DNA of 63,977 nucleotides, filler included, from Sphacelaria rigidula (taxonomy: Eukaryota): the NCBI GenBank assembly GCA_964200075.2. It is 3 parts of 3 records of this genome, joined end to end, with 100 filler letters (N's around TTAATTAATTAA, not from the genome) between each part and the next. Parts side by side here need not be neighbours in the genome. Positions count along the whole stretch, not along the records: positions 21,898 to 43,669 come from CAXNAA020000386.1; 2 more parts are not named here. One strand, given 5' to 3'. Below, in pieces: positions 24,495-37,254 of this stretch. Both the position numbers and the translations under genes were made by a program. The notes beneath the pieces were generated by a model. That model worked only from the letters and a program-made list of their open reading frames with translations, made no database searches and was not told where the DNA came from. Each line of letters begins with the position of its first letter. Positions within the stretch are counted from its first letter, which is position 1.

Positions 24495-27400
24495 TGCGAC
24501 AGAACGAAAACTTGCCGGAAGCGATGGGCGACAACACGGCCGAGCCGCGAAGACGCGCGACAGAACGAGAACTTGCCGGAATCGATGGCCGACAACACGG
24601 CCGAGCCGCGAACACGCGCGACAGAACGAGAACTTGCCGGAACCGATGGTCTACAACACGGCCGAGCCGATCAGCGACAGCACACGCGGCGGCGTTTGGC
24701 TATACATGCGGTACGCTACAATGTATGTCTACGGGTATATCTCAGGGTAGTGGTTAGGGCGTCTGGTCACATCATTAGAAGACTGGTTTTCGTATCAAGA
24801 GATCAGTTTCACAGATTGTGGAAAATTGAACATAGTTTGTGAAGGCCAAGAGTCCGAAATCTGACGGCCTGGTTTTGAGACGCCAGCTATCTACTTGATC
24901 TACCTTTCAAACGAATGTAGGACAAAACGACCGAGCCGATGGCCGACAACACGGCCGATGCGCGAAGACGCGCGACAGAACGAAACGTCGCCGAAACGGA
25001 TGGCCGATCACAACAACACGGCCGATGCGCAAAAACGAACGAGAACTTGCTCGAACCGATGGCCGGCAACAACACGGCCGAGCCGCCAAGACGCGCGACA
25101 GAACGAGAACATGCTTGAATCGATGGCCGGCAACAACACGGCCGACCCGCGAAGACGCGCGACAAAACGAGAACTTGTCGGAACCGATGGCAAACAACAC
25201 GGCCGAGTCGATCACCGACAGCACGAGCGGCGGCTTTTGTCTGTCCATGCGGTACGCTACAATGTATGTCTACGGGTATATCTCAAGGTATTAGTGAGGG
25301 TGTCTGGTCACGTCACCAGAAGACTGGTTTTCGTATCAAGAGACCAGTTTCACACATGTTGTAAAGTGGAATGTTGTTTGTGAAAGCCGGAGTTCGAAAT
25401 CTGACGGCCTCGTTTTGAGACGCCAGCTATCTACTTGCTCTATCTTTCAAATAAATGTGGGACACGGCCGAGTCGTGAAGACGCGCGACAGAACGAGACC
25501 TTGTCGGAACTGATGGCCGGCAACAACACGGCCGAGCAGCGATTAGGCGCCACAGAACGACAACTTGCCGGGACCGAACGGCAACAACACGGCCGAGCCG
25601 CGAGGACGCGCCACACAACGACAACTTGCTCGAACTGACGGCCGGCAACAACACGGCCGAGCAGCGATTACGCGCCACAGAACGAGACCTTGCTCGAACC
25701 GATGGCCGGCAACAACGGCCGAGCCGCGAAGACGCGCCACAGAACGAGAACTTGCCGGAACCGGTGGCCGACACCACAGCCGAGCCGCGAAGACGCGCCA
25801 CAGAACGACAACTTGCCGAGACCGAACGGCAACAACACGGCCGAGCCGCGAGGACGCGCCACACAACGACAATTTGCTCGAACTGACGGCCGGCAACAAC
25901 ACGGCCGAGCCGCGATTACGCGTCACAGAACGAGACCTTGCTCGAACTGACGGCCGGCAACAACAGAACGAGACCTTGCTCGAACCGATGGCCGGCAACA
26001 ACGGCCGAGCCGCGAACACCCGCCACAGAACGAGAACTTGCCGGAACCGATGGCCGACACCACGGCCGAGCTGCGAAGACGCGCCACAGAACGACAACTT
26101 GCCGAGACCGAACGGCAACAACACGGCCGAGCCGCGAGGACACGCCACACAACGACAACTTGCTCGAACTGACGGCCGGCAACAACACGGCCGAGCCGCG
26201 ATTACGCGCCACAGAACGAGACCTTGCTCGAACTGATGGCCGGCAACAACAGAACGAGACCTTGCTCGAACCGATGGCCGGCAACAACGGCCGAGCCGCA
26301 AACACGCGCGACAGAACGAGAACTTGCCGGAACCGATGGCCGACACCACGGCCGAGCCGATCAGCGACAGCACCAGCTGCGGCTTTTCCCTACCCATGCG
26401 GTACGCTGCAATGTATGTCTACGGGTATATCTCATGGTAGAGGGTAGGGTGTCTGGTCACATCATCAGAAGACTGGTTTTAGTATCAAGAGACCAGTTTC
26501 ACAGATGTTGGAAAGTTGAATGTTGTTTGTGAGAGCCAGAATCCGAAATCAGACGGCCTGGTCATGAGACGTCAGCTATCAACTTGATCTATCTTGCAAA
26601 TGAATGCGGGACAAACCGGCCGAGCCGATGGCTAACAAGACGGCCGAGGCGCGAGAAGATGCGCGACAGAACGAGACTTTGCCGGAACCGATGGTCGGCA
26701 ACAGCACGGCGGAGCCGCGAAGAAGCGCCGCAGAACGAAAACTTGCTCGAACTGATGGCCGGCAACAACAGAACCAGACCTTGCTCGAACCGATGGCCGG
26801 CAACAACACGGCCGAGCCGCGAAGACGCGCCACAGAACGACAACTTGCCACAACGGATGGCCGACAACACGGCCGATGCGCGAGAAGACGCGCGACAGAA
26901 CGAGAACTTGCTCGAACCGATGGCCGACAACGACACGGCCGAGCCGCGAAGGCGCGCCATAAAATTTCTCGAACCGATGGCCGGCAACAACATGGCCGAG
27001 CCGCGAACACGCGCAACAGAACGACAACTTGCCGCAACGGATGACCGACAACGGAAAGACGCGCGACAGAACGAACTTGCCGGAACCGATGGCCGACACC
27101 ACGGCCGAGCTGATCAGCGACAGCACCAGCGGCGGCTTTTCTCTATCCATGTAGTACGCTGCAATGTATGTCAACGGGTATATCTCAAGGTAGAGGGTAG
27201 GGTGTCTGGTCACATCATCAGAAGACTGGTTTTAGTATCAAGAGACCAGTTTCACACATGTTGTAAAGTGGAATGTTGTTTGTGAAAGCCAGAATCCGAA
27301 ATCAGACGGCCTGGTCATGAGACGCCAGCTATCTACTCGATCTATCTTGCAAATGAATGTGGGACAAATCGACCGAGCCGATGGCCTACAAGACGGCCGA

Positions 27401-29203
27401 TGCGCGACAAGACGCGCGACAGAACGACAACTTGCCGGAACCGATGGCCGGCAACGACACGGCCGAGCCACGAAAACGCGCGACAGAACGAGAACTTGTC
27501 GGAACCAATGGCCGGCAGCGACACGACCGAGCCGCGAAGACGCGCCACGGAAAGAGGACGTGCCGGACATGATGGCCGGCAACAGCAGAACGAGAACTTG
27601 CTTGAACCGATGGCCGGCAACAGCACGGCCGAGCCGCGAAGACGCGCGACAGAAAAAGACCTTGCCAGGACCGAACGGCAACAACACGGCTGAGCCACGA
27701 AAACGCGCGACAGAAAGAGGACATGCCGGACCTGATGACCGGCAACAACAGAACGATACCTTGCTCGAACCGATGGCCGGCAACGACACGGCTGAGCCAC
27801 GAAGACGCGCGACAGAAAGAGACCTTGCCGGGACCGAACGGCAACAACACGGCCGAGCCGCGAAGGAGCGCCACACAAAGAGGACGTGCCGGACCTGATG
27901 GCCGGCAACAACAGAACGAGACCTTGCTCGGACCGATGGCCGGCAACAGCACAGCTACGCCGCGAAGAAGCGCCACGGAACGAAAACTTGCTCGAACTGA
28001 TGGCCGGCAACAACAGAACCAGACCTTGCTCGAATCGATGGACGATACCTTACTCGAACCGATGGCCCGCAACAGCACGGCGGAGCCGCGAAGACGCGCC
28101 ACAGAACGAGAACTTGCCGCAATGGATGGCCGGCTACAACGGCCGAGCCGCGAACACGCGCCACAGAACGAGAACTTGCCGGAACCGATGGCCGACACCA
28201 CGGCCGAGCCGATCAGCGACAGCACCAGCGGCGGCTTTTCTCTATCCATGCGGTACGCTACAACTTATGTCTACGGGTATATCTCATGGTAGAGGGTAGG
28301 GTGTCTAGTCACATCATCAGAAGACTGGTTTTAGTATCAAGAGACTAGCTTCACACATGTTGTAAAGTGGAATGTTGTTTGTGATAGCCAGAATCCGAAA
28401 TCAGACGGCCTGAGTCTGAGACGCAGCTATCTACTCGATCTATCTCCAAATGAATGTGGGACAAACCGGCCGAGCCGATGGCCAACAAGACGGCCGAGGC
28501 GCGACAAGACGCGCGACAGAACGACAACTTGCCGGAACCGATGGCCGACAACACGGCCGAGCCGCGAAGACGCGCGACAGAACGATAACTTGCCTGGACC
28601 GAACGGCAACAACACGCCCGATGCGCGAGAAGACGCGCGACAGAAAGAGAACGTGCCGGAACTGATGGCCAGCGACACGCGCGACAGAACGAGAACTTGC
28701 TCGAACCGATGGCCGGCAACAACACGGCCGAGCCGCGAAGAAGCGCGACAAAACGAGAACTTGCTCGAATCGATGGCCGGCAACAACAGAACGAGAACTT
28801 GTCAGAACCGACGACCTGCAACACCACGGTCGAGCCGCGAAGACGAGCGACAGAACGACAACTTGCCGGAACAGATGGCCGACGCCACGGCCGAGCCGAT
28901 GTCCGACAGCGCGAGAAGATGCCCGAACCGATGGCCGGCAACATGGCCGAGCCAATGAGCAGCAGCACGAGCGGTGACTTTTGTCTATCCATGCGGCACA
29001 CTATAGAGTATTTTTGTCGCTACATCTCAAGGTAGTGGTTGGCGTTTTTGGGCACATCACCAGAATGGTTTTAGTTAGTACCAAGAGAGCAGTTTCGCAG
29101 ATTTGGGAAAATTTAATATTGTTTACGCCGGCCAGAATTTCAAATCTGACGGCCTGGTTTTGAGACGCCAGCTCTTTGCTTGATTCTACTTTCAAACAAA
29201 TGG
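24495..29203. repeat. Composite (two-level) tandem repeat: six ~260-bp constant blocks alternating with variable arrays of a ~61-bp GC-rich minisatellite
   Basis: The 61-bp unit ACACGGCCGAGCCGCGAAGACGCGCGACAGAACGAGAACTTGCCGGAACCGATGGCCGACA starts at 24534, 24595 and 24656. The constant block (..CATGCGGTACGCTACAATGTATGTCTACGGGTATATCTC..GAGACGCCAGCTATCTAC..) starts at about 24664, 25204, 26353, 27105, 28205 and 28947. Confidence 0.95.
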
Positions 29204-30734
29204 GTTGGTTCCGCGACGGGGCATTTTCTTGTTGGAACGTTATAAAAAGGGCCATTGATGCGCGCGCCAGGATCAGCCAAACTATTTTGTGTTGTTAGCA
29301 TTGAATGGCTCTGAGTCACCCCAAACTTGAGCTCCACATCGAGCCGATTCCAACACCATATTCCAACTTGTGCACGAATGGTACGAACGCTTACCGTACG
29401 TAGGAATATGGTATCACGACAGACAAAGTGTATGTGTTCGTGCGAAACAAGGAGCGTTTGTCGAGCCTTAAAGTCACGGAGCTACTGGATGGATATGTCG
29501 CCATTCAAAAAATATCCACATATTCTAAGGAATCGGGAGCGAGACCAGTGCGTGGAAATGGTGGGGCTAGTTTAACGTCAACAGGAAACTCGCGTACCGC
29601 ACACCGCTGGTCAAGCCAAATCGCTTTCCCCTTTTCAAGAAAAAACTCTTGCAATAACGGGCGAGACATTAAAATCTGCATTTCGAGCAAGAAATACCCG
29701 AGAGAGACTGCAACAACCGAACACGAAAGCATATTCCCATTCCATGAAATCAAGGACCTTCGCGAGCTTGCACGACACGGCCGGGGGGAGGTGGTCGCTC
29801 AGCCTCTTGGTGTGCTTCGCCCGTGCACGAATGAGGGGGCCGACGGGACCGCCGTTGCTGTTGCGGCGGCGGCGGCGGTCAGTCTGTGCCGCCTCCGCAT
29901 CGGGTGCGTGGAAGGCGGACGCCGGTTCCTCCATTTCTGTGTCTGTGTCGCTATCGGAGATGTCGTGGACGACGGGAGCCGGTTCCGTTACTGCTTCCGT
30001 CATCCGATATCTCGGAGTTGGTTAGGTCGATGCCCTCACCGCCAGCGATATTGTTTCCCATCCTGAATTTATGAGAATGAGTTTACGTCGGGTGTTAAGA
30101 TCCTCCGACACGTATTTCACTGTTGGGTGTCTGCTGTTGCACACAGACAAGGTATCATTGCCACACCATGAAGAGGCGGAATCAGTGTTGTTTCCCAAAC
30201 CCACACTTTGAGCATTACAAGAGAAAAAAGTGCGCGCAGAATACATGCACATACAATGAATTGTTTTCCGCTTTGCCGCCAAAACTGCAACTTGGGCGGG
30301 AATTTGATTTTGGCAATGATGGTGTATGCTCGTGTAAACACGTGAAAATCTCCCGACACACGTGCTTCCTTGTGAACCGGAACTATGGGGCCGACGAAAC
30401 AAGCCAGATCAATATGTTCATGTATTCAGCGTACTTTAAACTTAAATTATGTTTTCAGCACGCGGATTCCACACACACCGCCAGTCACGATAGATGAAGA
30501 TGAGAGAGGGATGAAAGTTCCAATCCAGGAACAATACACATGACCGAGTGCTTCCAAAAACACTCGTGTGTTTGAACGAGACAGCTCGTGTGTGGCGTTA
30601 TGTGGTGTGGCACACCTGTAGGAGCACATGCAGTACGATGGATCAGCAGTAGAAAAGGCGAGACCCATTTCCCCGTATTCATGACAAACCGAAAAGCCTT
30701 GTTTCTGTTTTTCTGGATTTAAGTTATTTCTCAC

Positions 30735-33700
30735 CTGAAGGTTCTGTGGCCCACGTAGGCCGGGGGCAGTTGCCGCCACCTCTCGCATCCAATCCTTGGC
30801 ATCCGTGTGACTCTCCGTCCATATATTCCCAAGCTGCGAGGCCCGCCAATCTCACACACACGCCTTCGCGTCCACGTAGATCCAAGAGGCGCGCCGAAGA
30901 GGCGCACGGGTCTACAGTGCGGGTAGAGGGAGGGTGGGTGCACGAGAGAGAGAGAGCGCGAAAATTGCGAGGCGCACACAAAAGGAGACCACATGGCCAA
31001 AGAAAACAAAGGACGATGTGCACGGTTAGGCTACGTGAGGGGGTGCGTATGAGACACGATGAGATACCGGGGACGGGCAGGGCGTTTGCATCACTTGAGA
31101 ATACCGAGAAAAAACGAGACTATCGACACCACTGTTCGCATGGTTTCTGGGCATTGTCTCGAGGTGGAGGTGGAAAAGTGCCGGCGGGATTTGTTCTGTA
31201 CGGAGCAATGCAAGACACACATATCATTTGATCTGATGCATGAACACACTTTCCGCACCATACGGGTACTGAGGTAGTGAAGACGCGTAAAGTGCTACAT
31301 ACGTGACGCATAAAATCTCAACCACACGCAACTGGAATCTCACCTACTTTGGACACACTCAAAGGTCTCCTGCCCGTGAAGAAAACCCTCTGTGCTGATC
31401 AACACATGGGTTGAGCAAAATCCAAGAGCGTTACACAGCAGTGCCGACAAAGGGCACTGGTGAAGAGCGCGCAGGGTGCATACTATCACTGGCCTGTGAT
31501 GGGGGAGCACAAGTGAAAGGGTGTGGGGAGAGTATGGGGCGAAAGGGCGCGGATACGCTACAGCTGGCCACATAATTGAATATTGTGCGAAACTTGACGG
31601 GCGTTTGTGGGACGAAAGGAAGCTTTGTTTCGGGTAGGTGTGAAAGGGGTGGGACGAGGTGAGATACAAGGGAAAAGGGACGCCCGCGCGACTGGTGTTA
31701 GGGCAGAACGAGATTCTCTACACTCTTCAAATGATTTTGAGCATATCTCGGTGAACCATGCCTACGAGAGATTTCGAGGTGGCAAAAAGTGAGCTGGTTT
31801 GCTTCAAACTTTGAATGGCAAGACGGCGCACGCACGCCCGTGTACGACGGCGATAGGATCGAGGAATACACTGCACCTCCTCTTCTCCTCCTCTACTCCC
31901 TCTCGTTGATTAATGTACACATATCTCCTGCATGTTACCTCTCTCTCTCTCTGCCCTCTTGAAAAAAGCACACTAGACACACCGCAAAGCACTTGCTCAC
32001 CAGTTGTCACCACTCAGCAGGAAATCCGCGTGCCTCTGTTCGTCTTCTATTGTCTCGTGTTGGTGAAAAAGAGTGAGAGGGCATAGGCGAAGGAAAGAAG
32101 TGGCAGATTGGGAGAGCATTGTGAAAATAGGAGCTACGACAATTCAACACTCGGACATTCATAGCTGTGTCAGAAAAGGGCCAATCGCTAGGGACCCATA
32201 TGGTTTTGGTTGCAAGGAACGGCTCGCCGATTATGATTTTCAAAACCACACGAAAATTATAAGCTATTATCAGACTTTGAGCTAGCTACAACCAGACGGA
32301 GGCGTGGTGTTTTTCTACGGGTCAACGCAGAGGTGGACGAAATATTGTTTGAGGAGGAATTCAGGTGCCCCAACTCAACAAAGGGGCAGCCAGCTTTCCG
32401 AGGCCAACAAGTGTCCTGTGGTTTAATAGGCGCATGCCCGTGCCGCCGCTTGCGCCTCCCGACTCTCACCCGCTATGCTTCCCACTGACACTGGTTCATC
32501 GTTTCCCCTCCGCCGATCGGCAGGGGGCGAATCCCCTCATCCAAGCGCGTGAACCAGCTGCGCAGATAAAGGGACCAGGTGATGGGTGTGGGTACCCGCG
32601 CGTGGCGTGCTTTTGGACTACCTGTGCGTGCGAGAGAGTGTGGAGAAACGGGGCATGGGTGGAGAGTTAGCTTTACATTCAAACCAACAAGAGTACATCT
32701 GCCTGTCTCTCCCAAAGCTTGACGTGTACAAAACAGCAGCGCCGAAAACGGCTCACGAACAGTTCGTAAAATCCCGCGACAGGCGTGATGAAGAACCATG
32801 ACACCGTGGGCGTCGTTGGTCTTCTTGGTCCTCTGCTCTTCAACGACACACAAGGTACCATAATCAAAGAAGAGCTCTCACCGTTTTCGCCAGATCCAGC
32901 TGTCCAACCAGCAGCAACAACAAACGAGAGCGCGCGGGCGCTCTCCGTGGCGCGTGTCTGCTGGGGCACCTGAAGGAAGATAAATGAAAAAACGAGAAAT
33001 ACAGGTCCGTGATGGGCGGGAAATATATATATGGACATGTTTGACATTCAAACAGCGATGGCGCAGAAAGTAGAAGCCCAAAAGCAGGCTAAGGCAAGAT
33101 CCGAAGAGGGTGGAGCACGCAAAACGGGCTCGAAGAGTACGCTTTCTCTGATGCCCTACTACTCCACACGTGATTTCCTGCACGTGGTTGTTCTCTCTCG
33201 TCTCCCCTCAATCTTCGAGATGTACGGTTCGGCGGGTAGAACAACCACTTGGAATGGTTGTGTCACAATGGCAAACGGAGAGTACTCACAGAAAACAACT
33301 TGCAAAACGTGACTGCTTTCACGACAAGTTCTATACACACATTTGTAATCTACAACAGCTGGGTGGTGTAGGAACAAAGCATTTGCTACCACACCAAGAC
33401 CCTCGAAGGCATTTTCACAGTGGTTGCGCGCACAGGTTTTTCCATCCAGGCTCAGTATTGCTGGTTCTTGAAAAAACGCGTGAAGAGGTCGAGAACACAA
33501 ACTGGTACTGCCGATAGTACAATGGGGGCAGAAACAATTATTTTCCCAAGCTAGTTAGGTTCTCCTCACAGCAAAGCGGCAGAGAGCTTTTCGAGGTCAC
33601 GGTATGTCCAATGGCAATACAGACAGGCGCGTATCGTGCCACAGGTGAAACCACGCAACCCGAATCTCACCTGCTACGCTTTGACCACACGAGGTGACCT

Positions 33701-34870
33701 GGGCGAAAAAGCACGACCACGGCCGATCGGCACCAGATGGATCCCCGGAGGATCCAAGCGCGCCAACCCACCCTAATGAAAAAAGGGCACACGTCGTGAA
33801 GAGTGCGGGCAGTCGCGTGTGGCGTGCTTCTCCAAAATCTGCGGAGATAGCCGGAAGAGGACAAGAAAAGGTCGAAAAATCGGCATTAAGTAGAAACTTA
33901 CCAAAGGTACATCTGCCTCTCATCAGGGGTTCACAGCAGCGTCGAAAAACAGATCGAAAAATTTCGGCAAGTACACGATTGAGAACCGTGGCGCTGGACC
34001 TTGTCTCTCCTTCGCTCTTCAACGAGACACACGGTCCTTGACAGTAAGGGCTCTCACCGTTATCCTCCAATCAACAGCAAGAACCGACCATAGAGTACAG
34101 GCGCTCTCCGAGGCGCATATCTGCTGAGGCACCTAAGCAAAGAGGAAGACGGGAAAGAGCGAGCGACAGAGCGAATGCGCAGGGGAAAAAAAACAGAACC
34201 AGCAGGAGTAAGCAAAACCAAGAGGCAAAGAAGAGCACGCACACTCTGCTGCCTCTACTCCTATACTTGTGCTATATCTTTCTGCGCGTGCTTGTCCTCT
34301 CTCTTGTCTTTCTACTATCTGGTTCAGCAGATACAAGACAGTCTTCACTCGGAATGGATGGTGGTGAGGAAATGGTCACATACTCGTAACGCATGTGCTT
34401 TGGACGAAGAGAACAGGCCCAATATTTTCCCAACGAGCAGGATATAGGGGTGGATCGTGCCACAAACGCGCCGCTGGAAAATATGAAACCACAGAACCTC
34501 ACCTGCTGCGCTTCCCACCGACACAAGACCGTTTTGTTCCCCGCACCAAAAGAACGAGATAGTAGCCTATCAGCAGCGGATCTACACCACAGTTCCAAGC
34601 GCAATCCAGCCGCGCCTAAAAGGGGCACGGGTAGTCGCGTGGCGTGTTTCCGAAGTACTGTGATGTCGGGGGGGATGTGTGTGCGAGAGAGGCGCATATC
34701 GAGAAAGAGAGAGAGAGAAAGGGAGCGGGAAAGGGGCGGGAAATAGCGCGTCAAAAGAACGAAAATAATCACCGGGTAGGATTTGACACGAGCCGCGGAC
34801 GTAACACGCAACCTTTTGCGCATCTCTGGCCTTGCCCCTTACCACGCAGCAGAAAGAGGCACCTTGCTTC
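30735..34870 (-). other. Old tandem duplication of exon-intron-like units (candidate spliced lncRNA or decayed gene)
   Basis: Homologous segments 32621-32470, 33838-33671 and 34657-34503, each bounded by a pyrimidine tract plus CAG and a G|GTGAG donor. A second homologous type starts at 32969 and 34132. Further GTGAG donors follow 31344 and 30735. Reading frame is not conserved between copies. Confidence 0.5.
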
Positions 34871-35235
34871 AAGGACACTATACTCCTCCAACACGCGCAC
34901 ACCACATGGATCACCGCTCCGTGCACAAAGTGCGCCTCATTTCAATACGAGAGCTGCAAAAGATAAAACCTTTGTAAATTCGATGTCGCTTCCGGTGGTG
35001 CAGGGTTCAAAGATACAGAATCAGTTCGGAGTTTGCACGAAAAACACGGCTGCGCCGAGAGGAGTCATGAGAAATGTGTAGCAACGATACCACTGTAGCC
35101 CAACCAAGTCTGGCGACGGTCGGGCAATTGAAACGCGTTCAGTCGCAAACAGAAACATGAATTCTTGCCATTGTTTCAGGATAACACTGGGCTGATGGGA
35201 AGCGCATTGTTCGTCAGTTGTTGAAAGGAGTCGCC

Positions 35236-37000
35236 ATGAGCAAGGATGAAGCGGATGTTTCATCATCTCGCGTGAGCATTACTTCAAAACTGCAAGAGTT
35301 GGAGGAAATCATCCTGGATGTCGGGGACCTTTCAGCCCTGAAAACCATAGATTTCAATCTGGGAAAAGTGTGTGAGGGCACCAAGGACAGCTCCAAGAAA
35401 AAGGACGACGAAAAAGTTGTCGCGGCCCAGGCGAAGAAAAGAGTAGCTATAGAAGAGCTACCGCGATCGCGCAAGCCTTGGTCTGGTAGCCATGGTTTGT
35501 TCGTAGGTTCGCCTGGTGTTCCTATTTCAGGAGACGCGAGGGTTGGCGAGACTGAAAGTCTTGATGACGAATACGCTATACCCGATAACATATTTGACGA
35601 ATATAAGTACAAGCCGTCAGGTGACATGTGATGGCAGGGGTGGTCGTGTTTAGATTGGCTTAACTATTTGCACAGGAGATTGTTCGAAAGGAGGATGCAT
35701 AATTTGGCCCACAGTTTGACGACTGCGAAAGTTGGCGCCACTACAATCATCCGAAGCATATCTCACAGACAGCATTGCACTGAGGACGGAAAAGCGAAGC
35801 GCCCAAGGAAGCAAAGAGATATGGGGTAAACCCAACGGCCCATTGTCTCATCGATCGTTTGTGGGCATTTAGTTTGCATCTTGCTACAAGTGTTCCAATA
35901 CTCGAGAGATTCAGGTCAAAGCCAAAGGCGGCAGTGCTCAACAGGCTGATATTATTGCTGCACTACAGCAGACGTCTAGTGTTCGTGCGAAATTTCTGGT
36001 CTCTTCGTAGATCAAGTCTCCGCTTATTCGCCCAGTTGAATGTTTGCCTCGGCGCCCCTGATGCACCGTAGAGAACAACAAGAGCAAGTGCTCCATGATA
36101 GGCATCGGTTGGAAGTTGCGGTGGCTGCAATGATACGTTCATCCACTCGGTCATCACATCCTATCAAAAGAAAACAACTGCAACGGTCACGATCTTCCAG
36201 GGGCGGGTCGTCTGCTGGAAGACACGCCCGAATCACGCAGGACACCTCCTCTTAGTACCATGTCTGGTGGTCGCAGCGTACCATTCGGTACCACCCGTTC
36301 CCAGACGCTACCCTTTCGCGTTGAGGATGTGTTGGTGAGCAAGCCAGAGCATTTGACTGTCTTGAGTTTTGGAGCACTGATCGCGGTACGAAAGACTTGT
36401 TGTAAGTTGGATAAGGTGGAGTTAGTTTTCGTTCGGTCCTGGAGCTTTTGCAACGCAGGTGACCCCGGCTGGTACATCAACACACACCGAAAAGGTGCAG
36501 ACTGGCGCCAAGAAAAGATGGGAGAAACACGCGCACACACCCAACACTAGTTCGGCATTGTCATCGCGGGTGAGCACATGAAATCACACCAGCATCTACT
36601 ACGCTACTCAACAGTCCACAGTGCCTCCGTGAGAGTAGGTTGTGGCTACAGTACTCACGTGTGTGTGTGTGAATGTTCCAATGGCGAGGTGGGGACGCTG
36701 TGAAATGAGTTCCAATAGCGGGCAGCACGCAAACGCGGCGGAATTACGAACGGTGACGCCGAATGCGCCGGTGCATCTACTGAAAGCGGTACATGAGCGC
36801 CAACAGAACAAAAGGGGTAGAGGGAGAGTGGAGACAAAGGGCACGAGAGGAGAAAGCTTGCGCCAGTGGGTGAAGGAGCGAGAGTGGTGTGGAATGGTGT
36901 TGCAGAAGGTGAGAATTATCCGGGAGGTGTCTTGCTACACATCGCAACAATTGATTCCTGAAGGGACCAGAGAGGCAAACTGCGTTGGTTTGTTGCTTTG
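35236..37000 (+). pseudogene. Decayed coding-like region of unknown family
   Basis: Successive protein-like plus-strand stretches (MSKDEADV...EYKYKPSGDM*WQGWSCLDWLNYLH; PFRVEDVLVSKPEHLTVLSF...GDPGWYINTHRKG) broken by stops and frameshifts. Confidence 0.3.
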
Positions 37001-37254
37001 TTGCTTTATCTGTTTCACCCGCACATCGTTTGGCCAGCGCCGCATCTCCTGCTGGTCGACAGCCCAGTCTTTCGAAATGGAAGGGAGGAGGAGGGTCAAA
37101 CAGCGATGAGTGTTGAGTACGTTTGTCGTACTTGCAGAACGAGCCCTGAACCTCTTCATTTCGGCAAAAGTTGTCGGCTGGAACAGCGACTCTTTGTCTG
37201 ACTTTTGTCGCACGGTTTGAATGCTGTGATGAATGCGCCAAATTGGCACGTACG

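Noticed and set aside
24495..29203. CRISPR-like array or repeat-protein gene
   Set aside because: The intervening tracts are themselves repeats rather than unique spacers, and no cas genes are present. The 61-bp period is not a multiple of 3 and ORFs appear in all frames on both strands.
35175..35266. Minus-strand C/D snoRNA (ATGATGA...CTGA)
   Set aside because: No terminal stem or recognisable rRNA antisense element; it overlaps protein-like text on the other strand.
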